The notes: generated from the letters alone by a model not told the origin. Positions 25,975 to 40,610 are shown, numbered from the stretch's first letter. The stretch is 64,000 nt of DNA from Eledone cirrhosa (GCA_964016885.1 OZ024751.1:41664001-41728000); one strand, 5' to 3'. Numbers and translations: made by a program.

Positions 25975-26092
25975 ATAATAGGTTTCGGTAATGTAATACT
26001 ATTTGGTATAACCCGCCATGCTTGACTGGGCTGGAGACAAACATAGCTAGGTTATTCTTCAAAGCATTTGACAAATGTTTCCCAAAACATAT
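25975..26092 (+). pseudogene. Decayed RT C-terminal segment of a Naiad-type PLE
   Basis: CNTIWYNPPCLTGLETNIARLFFKAFDKCFPKH resembles the RNIIWFNPPFS..V.TNIG..FL.L.DKHFP motif. Confidence 0.75.
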
Positions 26093-26104
26093 CGAATATG
26101 CTTA

Positions 26105-26180
26105 TATGCTTTCATATATATAAAGTGCTTTCATATATATAAAGTGCTTTCATATATATAAAGTGTTTTCATATATATAA
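26105..26180. repeat. 19-bp tandem repeat x4
   Basis: tgctttcatatatataaag. Confidence 0.9.
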
Positions 26181-26316
26181 AACAACTTAATAAACTTGTG
26201 TTTTGAATTCCAAAACAAAGGGAACGTGAATGTGAGCAAAATAGATTTAAAATAAAGATATTTACACTCACACTATTGAACTGTCTATATTTGAACTGTA
26301 TTATCTATATTTCTGA

Positions 26317-26384
<68 letters not shown>

Positions 26385-27009
26385 CACACACACACATATA
26401 CATATATGTATATATACATACATACATATATATATACATATATATTATACACACCACACACACATGTATATATATATATATATAAATATATACATATATA
26501 TATAATCATCTAAGTGGTATCGCGCGTTTGCTTATATCTACTAAAAGTCTGGGTTTTGTGTATTTTATATAATTTAGCGAAATAGATTTTTTTGATATAA
26601 TAAATATGGTGACATTTTCTCCTTACTTATAGTAAGAGAAATATTTTTTAATATATATTTTAGTTGTCATCTTGAAATATGAAGTTTATTTTGCATATTT
26701 TTAGCGTTAACATTTGATTCTTCTGGGATGTTCCGACAATAGCTGTCAATCAACGATGCGCTTGTGTGACCTCGGACATTTGTTTGTTTATTAGATTCAG
26801 TATTTTCGATGGAAAATGTTTATCGTAAAAATTTGCCACCTTTTTGCAAGAAATATTCAATTTGTCATTGGTATAAATGTGTGAATTTCTTTTTCTTACT
26901 TTTTGTTTTATTGCGAGGCATTGTACTTACACAATTGTTAGATGAGCGTAGAAGACAGAATAAGGAAGCAGCAAAGGGGGGTAATTTTTATACCAAACAT
27001 CCATAGAAG

Positions 27010-27220
27010 GCTATGCAGGTTTAGCTGGCCTCCACGAAGGTATATCTCGTTGGGCTGTCTTGGGTGATTTAATGATAGGGACCCCAGTCCTATCATCTCA
27101 TTTCTACAGCTGAGTAAACTGGAGCAACGTGAAATAAAGTGTCTTGCTCAAGGAAACAACACATCACAACCTTTCGATTGCAAGCCCAATGCTCTAACCA
27201 CTAAGCCATGTGCCTTCAAA
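27010..27220 (-). mobile_element. Second tRNA-derived SINE family (also about 35450-35720, 38390-38540, 52825-53040 on -, and head at 32060-32135 on +)
   Basis: Reverse-complement head gaaggcacatggcttagtggttagag and core ccttgagcaagacactttatttcacgttgctccagt. Confidence 0.75.
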
Positions 27221-28046
27221 AACTAAGCATCTATCGTTCAACCTGATACGATTATTAATAAACCGTTCCTTCGAATGTAAATTTTGAACAATACTTTACT
27301 GAATATATCATTGGGATTGACAACAAAATATTTTCTGTAGTATATATCAAATAATAAATTCGAAATTTTTTTTTGTCATTAAATATGGATGTTGCTTAAA
27401 ACGTACACCTCTTTTGCAAGCTTAATCCGTAAAATAAGTTACTTTTAAATACTATTGTAATGTATAAAATATTACATAAACCGAAGTTTTTCATTGACTA
27501 TAACCCCTTATATTTCAAGAACTATTTTATAAAAAAAAAAGGATATTTTTTTTATCATTTTGAATTTATCCTAAATATACAAGAAATAAAGGTCCCTTAT
27601 TTAATTATAACTAAACTAATTGAAACCGTTAATTTAGGTGGTTGATTGCGTTCACTTATAATTTCTTCGTATTTTGTAAGAAAAATTCTGCTTTCATTAA
27701 GAAACCTAATTGCAGTTGAAAAAATATCTGGAGGGAATTTAGAGATTTTATTTCCAGTCTTATGGTAAAAATAAAGATCTATTGGCACAAAAGTGCTAAT
27801 AATATAAATTACACAAGATAAAGAAACGAATCTTATTTTTGGTTTACTAAGTGAATAACTTCTGGTTGTGAAAAAGAAAAGGATCCTTTCTAATTAATTC
27901 TAATTCATTCCAACTTCTCAGGAGACTTTCGATGCAATACCATTGCTTGAATTTTACCTGTTGAAAGCTTATTTATGAAAACTTATAAGTATGTTCAAAT
28001 ATAAAATGTTGTCCCTGGTTTATGCCAACGTTACAATATTTTAAAA

Positions 28047-28260
28047 GGAGTTGGTATATTGGCTGTATCGGTGGAGCGTCGGACAACATGCTTTTTGGCA
28101 TGGAGTTACGACCCTTTACGATCTGAGTTCAAATCCTGCCGAGGTTAGCTTTGCCTTTCATCCTTACAGGGTCGATAAAATAAAGTACCAGTAATGCACT
28201 GGGGTCGATTTAGTCGACTTTCGCCTCCCCAAAATTGGTTGGCCTTGTACCAGAAAGAGT
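28047..28260 (+). mobile_element. tRNA-derived SINE
   Basis: Head, B box, core and tail present. Confidence 0.85.
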
Positions 28261-29223
28261 TAATTTTCTTTTAGAAGGAGTCTTCGAGAACTTTCGAATT
28301 AAAGGTCAACTGTCAAAGCTTTTCTTTGCCATCACAAACATCCTGAACTCATTGCTGCCAGGGCTAAAACCGAACATTTTCTCCATCCTCAACTCTTTAC
28401 ATCAACTAATTCGAGAGACACGATTTATTGATCGACATACAAATAATCAAACATTGTTGATCATTCTCAATTCCAAATCCTTCTTGTTGTTTACATCTCC
28501 ATCATCTCCGATTAAGGGGATCTAGTGTATGAAATATTCCCGTCATGACCGCCACGACCATTGTGTCTTTATATATGTATCTATGACTACAATATGCAAT
28601 GCTTCAATATAATATCCTTTACCATCCTTGTGTGTTATTTGCTGAGGGATTTGGTGGTTAATTAGCAGAGATTGTGCGACTAAGTAGTCTCCCTCGTTGG
28701 CTCATTAAAATCTGCTATGTTTCAGTGGTGTATATAACAGAGCTAACTTTAAGCTGCGTAAAGTTTCTGTTCAGAGCAAGAAGAGATTTTAAAGTTAAAT
28801 CAAGATAAATCTTCGGTCTTTATTCTTACAGTTTATAGATTAACCAAACTATAATAATTTGAATAATTAACTCTTTATGATTCATGGTTAGGTAAGACAA
28901 ATCTATCTCTTATGCTAAATAATGGCACAGTTTATAGGTATAACTAATGTTGATTATTCAGTAATTTTATAGGAATTTTCTTGTTGATTAAACCGATGTT
29001 CATTGATTTAATTTCATTTTCCCGGGAAACAGCGGTTCAACTGTATTCTTATTAGAATATATATCCATATATTTCACTTTGCTTTTAATAAAGAGGATAT
29101 CTCTGATTAACTGGAAACACAGAATATTTAAAACTCTCGCACATATATTTGCATAATTTACTCATATATACATATGCACACACATTCACACACATACGCA
29201 CACACACACACTCTCACATGCAT

Positions 29224-29274
<51 letters not shown>

Positions 29275-29407
29275 AACATATATATATATATATATATTAT
29301 CGAGTACTCTGGTGTGTTATGTCCACTTGGTTTCTTACCACACTTTCTTTGTTATATATATATATATGTATATATATATATCTGTGTGTGTGTGTATATA
29401 TATATAT

Positions 29408-29438
<31 letters not shown>

Positions 29439-29523
29439 ATGTAGGTATGTATGCATTTATATATATATATGTATGTATATATGTATGTATGCATATATAT
29501 ATGTATGTATATATGTATGTATA

Positions 29524-29559
<36 letters not shown>

Positions 29560-29906
29560 TGTATGTATGTATGTATGTATGTATGTATGTATGTATGTAT
29601 GTATGTATGTATGGCAATCCTTGTAGCCATTTGTATTGGGACTCACACATTTCAAACTTCATATATACATGTATCGGTTATCGGTGTGTGCTGATCATAG
29701 ACTTTTTTACACAAGTCGTTCATATGACACGTCCTAACTCATCTAAAAAAGAGGGATCTGTCATTGAGCATGCTCAGTAAATAATTAAATATTAATTAGA
29801 GCTACGCCAACGACACCTATGTGAAGAAAATAGAACTGAATAGAGAAATATAAAATGTCATACGAAACATATATATAGTACCTTAAACCATGTCGTATAT
29901 ATATAT

Positions 29907-30384
29907 GTTCACTTGTTCTTCTTTTTGGTAAATATCATCTTGGTTAAGAGAGTGGGACTGGCTGTGTGCAGTGCCTTTGCTCGCTATAAAAGCTTCACGG
30001 CACAGGCATTGCTTTATATCTGGAGATCTCTCTGCACTTGTCGTCACATGGTACCATGGACCCAGCACTAAGTGTCAATAATTGTCACAAGTGTAGTGTT
30101 TGTACCAGAGTTTTCAAGTCGCTGGCTGGACTAAAAAGTCACACTCGTTCAGTGCATCGGTAGGAGTTCTCCTACATGGATATAAAGTAGTGGCCGTACT
30201 CGAAAACGAGTTGGCAGCCACTATGTATGTATGTATGTATGTATGTATGTATGTATGTATGTATGTATGTATGTATGTATGTTTTTCAACTGGCTGGACT
30301 AAAAAGTCACACTCGTTCAGCGCATCGGTAGGGGTTCTCCTACATAAAGTAGTGGCTGTACTCGAAAACGTGTTGGCAGCCACC
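29907..30384 (+). mobile_element. 5'-truncated copies of the RTE-derived element (29907-30222 and 30289-30384) with (TATG)n tail
   Basis: CHKCSVCTRVFKSLAGLKSHTRSVHR* at 30083-30163. Near-identical to the reverse complement of 57495-57800. Confidence 0.8.
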
Positions 30385-31406
30385 ATATATACATATATAT
30401 ATATATGTGTGTGTGTATGTGTATGCGTGTGTGCATATACGCATATATACATATATATGTCCGTGTGTGTGTGTACTTGTGTGTGTTTGACTGTAATATA
30501 TATATGTATATATATATATTTGCAGTGTCTGAATTATTCATATACTTTATCATCCCTCCCAGTTAACTGTCAGGTAAGGTGAGTGGATATTAACATGTCT
30601 TACAAAATTCCAATCAACAGGTAGCAGTTATATTTGGTACCTGACAATATATCTTGTTTATGACAAAGAACAGTATCATATTTTCAGTGCGGAGAAAGAA
30701 AAAACAAAGAGGTTATTGTAACGTTGATATCTATCTCACGGCAAATGGTGTTGTAACTGAGATGAAAAGAATATTTCTATAACTATAGTTTCCATTGTCA
30801 ACTCATTTAAGGGCGGTAGAGTCGTTAATGCGTCGGATAGAAAGATTTGCGGTCTTTGTTTCGGCTCTCTGAGTTCAAATCCCGCTGTGGTCAACTTGAC
30901 CTTTCATCATTTCGAGGTCGTCGATAAATAAACTACCAACCTAGTACTGGATAGTTTTTTTTTTCCTATATATCTCTTTCTCACTTCTCCCTCTCTATAA
31001 TTTTCTCATTTTCTCAAGAAGAAATTGGCTATATTCAGACCTGGAGAGGGAATGGTCTTCACCGGGTTTGAAAAATTGCCCAAGAAACGCTGTGTCACAT
31101 TACGGTGCTTCTACAACTCCATTGGGAATTATGGCTTTGAAAGAGAGAATTACATACGAAAGATTTCACTTAACTAAAACTATAACCTGTTATTATACTC
31201 AATACGATAATCTATATTATCAAAGAAGAGATGTGTTTTCGTCTGTCTGTCTATCACACTTATTAAGAGGAACATGGAGATAACTTATGTCATGTTTATA
31301 GTTTATTGCAAGCTTAAGAACCTACAAGGGGTAGAGATTGCATAATGGGTTGTGGTATAAGCAGGAAGAGAACTGTAAACTTGACGAGTGTTTCCTTAGA
31401 TTAATA

Positions 31407-32570
31407 ATAATTGTTTCTACTTTTGGCACAAGGCCAGCAATTACCCAGTGCATTACTGGTACTTTGTTTTATCGACCCCGTAAGGATAAAAGGAAAATTA
31501 ACCCCGGCGAGATTTGAACTCAGACCATAAAGGGTCGTAAGATTATAATAATTGTTTCTACTTTTGGCACAAGGCCAGCAATTATCCAGTACATTACTGG
31601 TACTTTATTTTATCCACCCCGTAAGGATGAAAGACAAAGTTAACCTCGGCGGGATTTGAACTCAGAATGGCAATTATAATAATGAATAAATTGTTATTCA
31701 AATCTTGTCAAAGTTGATTCTTGCTTTTCAGCCTTACAAGATAAAACAATTGCCAGAAAAATTCTGAGATTCATTCAATTGATTATATTCTGCTGCTGAC
31801 ACTACTGTTGCTGCTGCTGCTGCTGCTACTGATGCTGCTACTAGAAACCTTAGCCATGTAGCTATGAAAGGACAAGAAAAAAATCTGAAAAATAACAATA
31901 AAATCCATCTGTGATAATGTATAAATTGTGAAACATGCGATTAGTTCGGATGGAAGAAATAACACAAATTATAAGGTCTCCTATTATCGCTGTTGACGTA
32001 TTTTAGTGATGGTGGGTGGTCTGATAGCGCGACATTCATTTACCAAGCCAGTAGCGAAGGTTTGTAGCCTAATGGTTAAAGTGTTGGACTTACGAACATA
32101 AGGTTGTGAGTTCGATTCCTGGAGCAGGGTGTGCTTTTCAAAAGAAAGTAGAAATCATGTTTTAATGGTGGCTTTGTTAACTGTGATTTATTAATATCTA
32201 AAGTAGCATTAAAGAGGTGGAAGTTTATATTTTTTTTTTTTTTTTTCTGCGTAACTGGTACTTTATTTTATCGACCCCGTAAGGATGAAAGGCAAAGTCA
32301 ACCTCGGTGGGATTTGATCTCAGAACATAAAGGGCCGTAAAGCATGTTGTGCGACACCCTACCAGTTATTGCCAATCCATCACCTTTAGGAAGGTGTAAT
32401 ATTTTTCTGTTTTTAGCACAAGGCCAGCAATTACCCAAGGGCATTACTGGTACTTTATTTTATCGACCCCGTAAGGATGAAAGGCAAAATTAACCTCAGA
32501 ACATAAAGGGCCATAACTCTATGCTGCAAAGCATGGTGTCTGACGCTCTACCGATATTGCCAATCCACAC
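31407..32570 (-). mobile_element. Cluster of SINE copies (31407-31540, 31548-31670, 32254-32385, 32400-32570)
   Basis: Repeated ctggtactttattttatcgaccccgtaaggatgaaaggcaaag. Confidence 0.85.
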
Positions 32571-33624
32571 ACAATAAAAAGTGTAATGATGCTTATATTT
32601 CTCGATAGCATTTTACATTACCTTATGTTGTGCTGCAACTAATAGTTGCTAATGTTTATATGTCTCTTGTCGACATTGTCGTTAGTAAACTTGTTGCGTG
32701 AGTAAACCACCAAAATTAGACCCATTAACGTTTTACTTGAGATTGGTAAGCCATTTTAAATCTCTGCTTCTAACATAGTGCTTGTCATTGGCAGGCATTT
32801 AGTTCTTTACGACAAATACTTGTTAGTTACCTTGTCTCTACTGTTTGTAGCATTAAATTGCAGACCTGCTGTATACATTTTATCTGGAAAAGAGGATTAC
32901 TGTTGAAAATGTTTGCTTTTATTTATTCCATTGCTAAAACACCCGACGCCGCTAGACGCAGTTGTTTTGTACATTGTTGTTACTGTATTTATTATTGTGG
33001 ATTATATTGTGACTGGTTTTCTTGATGTTGTTGTTATTGTTGTTAATTCCACACATACCTCTTTGCATTCATAATACATTCCGACCAGACCACCATACTT
33101 TTTGTTCGTTTATTTCATTGTTTTTTGGTTTTTTCTCCTTGTGGGGAAACAAAGAAGGTTTCTTCGTTGCTGTTTGTTTGTTGTCTTTTTTTGTTTTTTT
33201 TTGTTGTTGTCGTCGTCGTCGTCGTCTGCATTAAGATTCCACAAGTTGAGCTCCATTGGGTGAGAAAATGTTCTCGCTTTCTAAACAACAATATGAGACT
33301 TTCAGACAGAGAACTGCCAGAGTCGTTAGAATGTCAGTTAGAATGTCGCTTCCAACTTGAGTATTGATGATTAGTTCCATTATAGTACCTATACATATAC
33401 GATATATAAACGGAATCGAATGGATCTCCGTCGGGTTCGTCGATGACTTTTCCAGTTGTTTGGAAGTAGCTGAGCGTCACAGACACGTGATGAAAATCAA
33501 AGAGTTTGCATGATTTGTTGTAAAATCTTATAAATAGAGGAGATCGATAGATGAGATCGATAAATAGGAAAGATCGATAGATCCCTGTCCGTTTCGACAA
33601 TGACTGTTCTAGTTGTTCGAAGAA

Positions 33625-33980
33625 AGGTACAGCCTGCTCATGAAATCAATGTGTAAGTGGCTTAGCATTCCACAGACACGTGCACGTTTAACGTAATTCT
33701 CAGGGAGATTCAGCATGACAGTGCATAACCAGGAAAGTCATTTGAATTACAGGTACAGCTCATCCTACGGGATTCCAGATAATTTCTGTCTATCCAATTT
33801 CACTCCCAAGACATGGGTTGTCCCTGTTTTGAAACCCGTCCAATGGATTGTACTTGTATTTCAAAGGATCATACATGTCACACAATGTCACGCTGAATCT
33901 CCCTGAGAGTTACGTTAAGAGTGCACGTGTCTGTGGAATGCTCAGTCACTTACACGTTGATATCATGTGCAGGCTAATCC
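33625..33980. repeat. Inverted pair of a dispersed repeat (related copies at about 12540-12790 and 25190-25370)
   Basis: 33630-33720 is an imperfect reverse complement of 33886-33977. Confidence 0.75.
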
Positions 33981-36900
33981 TTTGTTCCAACAATTGGAAC
34001 ACTTTAATTTCATGAGCAAGCTCAACATTTTAATTTAAAATTTTCTATAAAAATTTTCTTCAAAATTTTTACAAACATTTTCTTTTTATTTTCTTTCACT
34101 TTTCTTTAATTTCATTAATTTTTTTTTTTTTTTTTCAAAGTTTTCTCAAAATATTTTTCGAAAATCTTCCTCTATTACATTGTGTGTAATACATACATAT
34201 ATGAACACACTCATACAACTATACATACAACCATACATATAACCATACATACATACATATATACATGCATACATACATATACACACACATACACGCACAA
34301 ACACACATACATATGTATATAAACCTCTGGTTATGATATGGTTAGAATAATTCACATAAAATATGGTTTGACGATAATATACCAGGCTTCCAGAAGCATA
34401 TTGCTTGTCTTTCTAAGTGAATTACGGAATTCCGAGATTTTGTTAGCATGTGTCTTAATAATAGAGAAACGTGATTTGGATAGATATATACTGAATAGTA
34501 ACTATTATTTACAATGTAATGAGATACATATGAACAAAAAGTAGTTATTAGAATAGCTATTATCAAGCATCATCACACTCAATTGTTACTATTAACACAA
34601 GTAACAAAATAAACAGCTGCAGAAATATTAGTTTCAACATCGTTGGATATAACTCAATAATATAAACATATTGGACATCTCAAGTTAAGGTCGCTTAAGT
34701 TAAGAAAATATTCTTAGCAGATAAAATATAGTCGTCATAAATGATTTTTTCTAATCTATCTTTTATTGATCAAGGTTTTGCAAGGGTATTAGTTAAGATT
34801 TTCGCGTCAATCGTTGCATCTCTGTCCGCTGCTAAATGACAATATTGATCAGGTTGTGTTGCCAGTAATATAAGATGTAGGACATTTATCGTTTGCAAAA
34901 CGATAAAAATATCTATACTGGTGGATTCTACACTAGCTATGAATTAGATTGACTTCATTCATAGACGGAGTAGAATTTTTTACTGTCTGCTAAATGTCAG
35001 TATTATAATATTGTGTCTTGTGATATATTATGTAGAAGTGTCTTTACCTTCTAAATGTCTAAGTGACAACATCAGCGTGATGTTGAAATTAGTTATAGAT
35101 GTCTTGCGAGATTCTAATAGAATGTGTTGTATATATTTATTTCAATGATATATCAAACTCTCTATCATCACGAACATAATATGCAGAGAGTAGTGTACAT
35201 TCATACATAAATCTTACCTTAGACTCAAGACCAATGTTTATGAGGGATGTTTTACAGTTTATATTGTTATATTAATTTAACCCTGTAGAGTTACTGAATT
35301 ATAATCTAGGTACATGACTAGCACATTTTGGAGAGTGTTAAAGTTGATTAAATCAACCCCGGTACTTAACAGATACTTTATTTTATCGACACCGGAATAA
35401 TGTAACCTAAGTTGATACTGGCTGTAAAAAAAAAAATAAAGTCTGTTTTGATCCCGGGGGCTCATCAGGCCGGTGTTATCTCGGTTGCTGTAACGTTAAA
35501 CGACTGAGAGTACAAGACTCCCCACTGGACATGACGCCAGTCCATCTCAGGACTATACCCCCTAGCTATTGCTGGTACTTATTTTCAGCTGAGTATATTG
35601 GAACAATGTGAAATGAAGAGTTTTGATCAAGAACACAACACACAACCCAGTTCAAGAATCGAACCTATGCCATTATGCTCGTAAGTCCAACACTCTTACC
35701 ACTAAGCCACAAGCCTCTACAGAATATAAAGACCTAGAACATATATAGAACAATGGTACTTTGTCCGACGCTCTACCAATTCTGCTAATCCACCATCTTG
35801 GTGTATTATTGGTAGTTATTTTACCGCCTCAGCCACAGATAGGTGTAGGACCCAACAAATATACTTTCATCATATATTGTATATATATTATAGGATTTAA
35901 TATAGTATACATTACAGTATTTAATATATGTATTATAGTATTTAGAAAGAGTATCTCCCCTATGAGCGTAATAGGATTCCAAAGAAGATTAGAAAAAATA
36001 CTTTCTCTCTGTTCTTTGAACTGTTATCTGAATTATTGTTTTCATTCACAAATTAAATTCCTACACTGTATGACGGCAAATTGGCAGAGCCGGTAGAGCA
36101 TCGGAGTAAGCATGCCTCGATATTTCTTCCGACTTACGGCAGTTTCAGTTCAAAGCCTGCCGAGGTCAGCTTTACCTTTCATCCTTTCGGGGGTCAATAA
36201 ATATAGCACAAATCAAGTACTGGGATCGATTTATCCTCCATTTTATTTTATTTTTTGTCTCTGGAAAAAAAATCAGCTGCGTTCCGACCTGGAAGGGGGT
36301 GCAATCTTCTAGGTTTAAAATCCCCAAGAGACCGCTGTGTGTCAGGACGGTGCTCCTACGACTCTATCCGGAGTTAAGTGCCTCCTTTTACCTTTAACTT
36401 TTCGCCTCATATATTTGTGTACGTGTCTGTGTGCAAGTATGTATAACTTCATTTACTGACCTTTCTATTGACCTCGTTACATATTTTAACATTTTTTGTT
36501 TCTTCCATTTCTCGTTCTTCTATTCCCTACCTCAGTATACCAAACTGAATTCTCTCTTTCCCAACCTTTATTCAGTTTATTTAATATTTTCCTCTCGTCA
36601 TTCTATCTTGTAAACTTCAATTCCTATCCGCCATCTTTGTTTACCAGGTCATGCACAGCTCCCCAGCGTCTACAATTTATGAAGCTTTATTTAGAATTTT
36701 CCACACGATTTTTCTGTCAGGGAAAATGAAAACCTTCTCAGAGTCAGCATGCAGAAGTCTAGTGGCTAATTGTTAACATATCAGTTTACTGAATAAGGAT
36801 CAGTACTTAACGAGGTAGCAAAATTACTGGGTGTCAACGTCCTGAAGATCGCTTACCTATACTGTGCTAAGAAATGGCTAGCTTGTTTATGGCGGATGTC

Positions 36901-37366
36901 TCAACTAATATTAATGATATTTGCTGACAGACTGTTAGAGCGTAACAAAATCGTGAATAGGATTATTTTGCAATTGTATCAACACTCTTCTAAAGAAGCA
37001 ATTAGAAAGTAGAGAGACGAACAGAATGATAAGATATGATCTGTTAAGGATTAGGTACATTCATCGAAAGTAGTTATTAAAAACATATTTGTCAAAAAGC
37101 AAATTGCTTGAAAGATATATTCGTAAAAAAGATAGCCATGTCATAAAAAGAAATTGGCCGAAATACAAATTGTTCTTCAACATGTCGAAAAATCTAGAAA
37201 ACTGTATTTCTATTTTCAAACAACTTATTGTAATTTGAAAATGATAACAACTAATTATAAAATGAAATGACATTTCTAAACAAATCATCGGACCTTTCGA
37301 ATAAGAAATGGAGAAAAGATTTTCTAAATTTCATAAAATAAAATATATTTACAATTTACTGCTGAG

Positions 37367-37520
37367 CTCCGCTGCAAGATCGGAACGTTCACAGCCCGTC
37401 TGAGGAATGAGCGCCGCGAGGTTGGATAGCTGTTGTAGCGGGTGTCAGTGGCCATTGTCCGCAGGAATGCTTTTTGCAGTTTTGTCTGCAGGGACCAGCC
37501 CTAACACCATCGCGTCCTAG
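37367..37520 (+). pseudogene. C-terminal remnant of a CRE-clade (restriction-like endonuclease) non-LTR retrotransposon
   Basis: GC-rich island translating KIGTFTARLRNERREVG*LL*RVSVAIVRRNAF, like E.RE..WL.QRLSVAIQRGNA. The two stops are consistent with TGG/CAG to TAG changes. Confidence 0.65.
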
Positions 37521-37989
37521 GCCCAGAGCCCATCATCCCCCCCCCTATTCTCCTTTTATAAGAGAGTAAGAGTGATAGAGAGAGACAGTGATAAAGAGAG
37601 ACGGCGCTATTGAGGGGTATTTAAGTTTTGAGTAGGTTTGAAGTAGATATCAGTGGTTTCTATGTTCGGATCTGTTTTAAATGTATTCCATTGTACATTG
37701 ATAACTGTTGTTTATAGTATCAACTAATTCTTTTAAGAGGTTATGGATCTACAAGATAAAACAATCGCCTAAATATCGTTAACGATTTTCCAATAGATAT
37801 TTATGGACGTGTAGGCGCACCTTAATCTGTATTGTTGAGCTATTTGGATTTCTAACTACGTAATGTCTAAGTTGACGTCAAATGGAGTAACTTTTATTTC
37901 CGATGCAGTGTAAATTTTGGCCATGAAATGGATATAATTATTTCATAGAAACAATATATTCTGCCAATTGTGATTTATTTCTATATTCG

Positions 37990-38370
37990 AAGAGGTTACT
38001 TTGTTAGAAAATCTTTCAAGCAAGAATTCGCTGGCCTTTAATCCTTGTTCATACAGAATTGTAATATAACGGTTCATTACAGCATATGAAGCAATTAGAA
38101 TGTCTCTATTGATTCCTTTTGTCAGATTAACATGCATAAGTCATATCATATTAAAATCGGTATTCTTTCTTCAGGATTCGTTTCAAAAGAATATATAAAC
38201 CGTTCCTGAAGCTGTGTCTTTCACAAGACAGATCCATTATAACCATTACTGTAATGTTATATAAAGACAAACCAAAGTTGATTCTTTACTTGCATCACGT
38301 ATTGTCTTGTTTTTGTGCAGTTTTGGGAGTCCGTAAAAGTAATGACATCTCTTGTCAGTTAAAAAAAAAA
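37990..38370 (-). pseudogene. Decayed Penelope-like RT fragment
   Basis: FYGLPKLHK (PLE RT N-terminal motif), and ASYAVMNRYITILYEQGLKASEFLLERFSNKV aligning with SFDVVNLYTTIPHQYGLEAIGFWLEKYPNEI of the 6603-7991 ORF. Confidence 0.8.
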
Positions 38371-38619
38371 AGGAACGATCGACTTTCGTCAAATCGGACC
38401 GAGGGAACAATGTTTCCGTTGGTCTTTCCAATTGCTAATACTATCTATCGGTCGCAACGGGAAATAAAGTGTCATGCTCAAGGACATAACGCATCACCTG
38501 GTCCAGGAATCGAACTCACAACCTTACGATTGTCAGTTAAACCATCTGAAGTATGATTAATTTCACATATTTACCTACTTATACTTACACTCACACACAC
38601 ACACACTCACACACGCACA

Positions 38620-38716
<97 letters not shown>

Positions 38717-38804
38717 CGGAACCAATTCCATAATGTATTCTATGCAACATTCTACTGACTTTGCCAATTCGCTGTCTTTTATATGTACACATATTCACCT
38801 TCAT

Positions 38805-39200
38805 AATGGTTTCTTATTTAGGAACAGACCAGCATTTTTATTTTACTGGTGCTTTATTTTATCTACCCCCGTAAGGATGAATGGCATAGCTAACCTCGGT
38901 AGAATTTTGAACTCAGAACGCAAAGAGCCGTAACTCTATGTCGCAAAGCATGTTGCCCGACGCTCTACCGATACTGCCAATCCCCACCGCCCGTAATACT
39001 CATCTAGATAATGGTTTCTTATATAGGAACAAGGCCAGCAATTGAGGGGGGCGGGTCGATTAAATCGACTCCAGTGCGTGACTGGTACTTTATTTTATCG
39101 ACCCCGTAAGAATGAAAGGCAAAGTTAACCTCGGCGGGATTTGAACTCAGATCATAAAGGGCTGTAACACTATGCTGCAAAGGATGGCGTCCGACCCACT
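38805..39200 (-). mobile_element. Two tandem SINE copies
   Basis: Family consensus match. The spacer catctagataat is repeated. Confidence 0.85.
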
Positions 39201-39692
39201 GTCATCTAGATAATATTCTCTCATCTCTAATTAGATATTAGATAGTTATTTCATCAGTATATTTGCTGTCATCTTCGACTAACTTAATGTGATATGTGTT
39301 GTCAGTTAACGAACAATACAAGTTCGACATAATAACTCCCAAGAAATACAATTACTGTCACACTCTGATAATTAACCGACAGTAGAACTTCTGCTCCAAC
39401 TAGAAATGAAGTCAATCTAGAAGTTAAGACCTTGTCTAAAAATAACAAAAATAACTACAAAAAAGTATGTATGTCTGTGAAAGAGACGTTGAAAGGGAGA
39501 CGCCGCGTTTTTCGTTCTCATTTGAACAGAAGGTATTTTTTTAACCTTAAAATATGATGATGAAAAAAATATACTGATTAAAAAAGCATTATTTTGTTTT
39601 GTTTCATTTGTCCATCATTAACTCCAATACCACCTTTTCTATATTTCTGTATTTCTTCCACGTGGTACCGGCTTTCTAAAGTTCTTATCACT

Positions 39693-39790
<98 letters not shown>

Positions 39791-39900
39791 GGGGGGGTGG
39801 AGGTGTGCGCGAAAAATAAACGGATAAACAAGACAGGAAAACATATATATATATATATATATATATGGCGTAGACATTACAATACAACGGAAACATAATA

Positions 39901-39946
39901 GTACCACCGATGATGTCACAGATGTGTGACGAAAGAACTTTGATAG
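39901..39946 (+). ncRNA. Hammerhead-like motif, U4C core
   Basis: tacca-CCGATGA-t-gtcaca(gatg)tgtgac-GAAA-gaac-TT-tgata, in an ~80 bp insert between (TA)n tracts. Confidence 0.55.
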
Positions 39947-40307
39947 ACTATATATATATATATATATATGTATTTTTAACCATTGGTCCATCAATGATAA
40001 ACATTGATTGCCAGATAAATTAAAGACAGAGAAGCGAAAACCAACCCAAACCAAACAATGAGTGTTCTCTGTTATTATTTCGGGCAATATTATAACAATA
40101 TGACCCTCCCCAAATATAACAATATATATGTGTGTGTGTGAGAGAGAGAGAGAGAGTGAGAGAGAGAGAGAGATGCTATTACGAGGTTTGTACATATACT
40201 TTGATTCTACTCTCTCCCTCTCTCTCTCTATCTATCTATCTCTATCTCTCTCCCTCTCTCTCTTTTTACTGTATATATATATATCTCTATATATATAATA
40301 TATATAT

Positions 40308-40358
<51 letters not shown>

Positions 40359-40610
40359 CAGTTCAACTTAAGTGAAAATGGTCTAAGTTGAGCATATAAG
40401 CCATTGGGGACGGAAGAAATTAGGACAGCACCACCCGTGGGACTCGAACTCACACCTTCGTTATTTCGTTCAGATATGTTACCAGTTAAAGTTAGTGTGA
40501 GTTAGAATCCCTGGGGCTCCGCTGTTTAAATATTTTCTGACTCCAATTTATTTTTTTTTTTTTAATGTGTATCGACCTGTTACGCGCGTTTTACAGAGGT
40601 TTGCTTTAGG

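Noticed and set aside
30083-30163. C2H2 zinc-finger host gene
   Set aside because: A single finger present in several dispersed copies with a retrotransposon-type 3' end and SSR tail. It fits the RTE ORF C-terminus.
35210-35290. Minus-strand AG...GTAAGA exon candidate
   Set aside because: Stops in all three frames and no other support.
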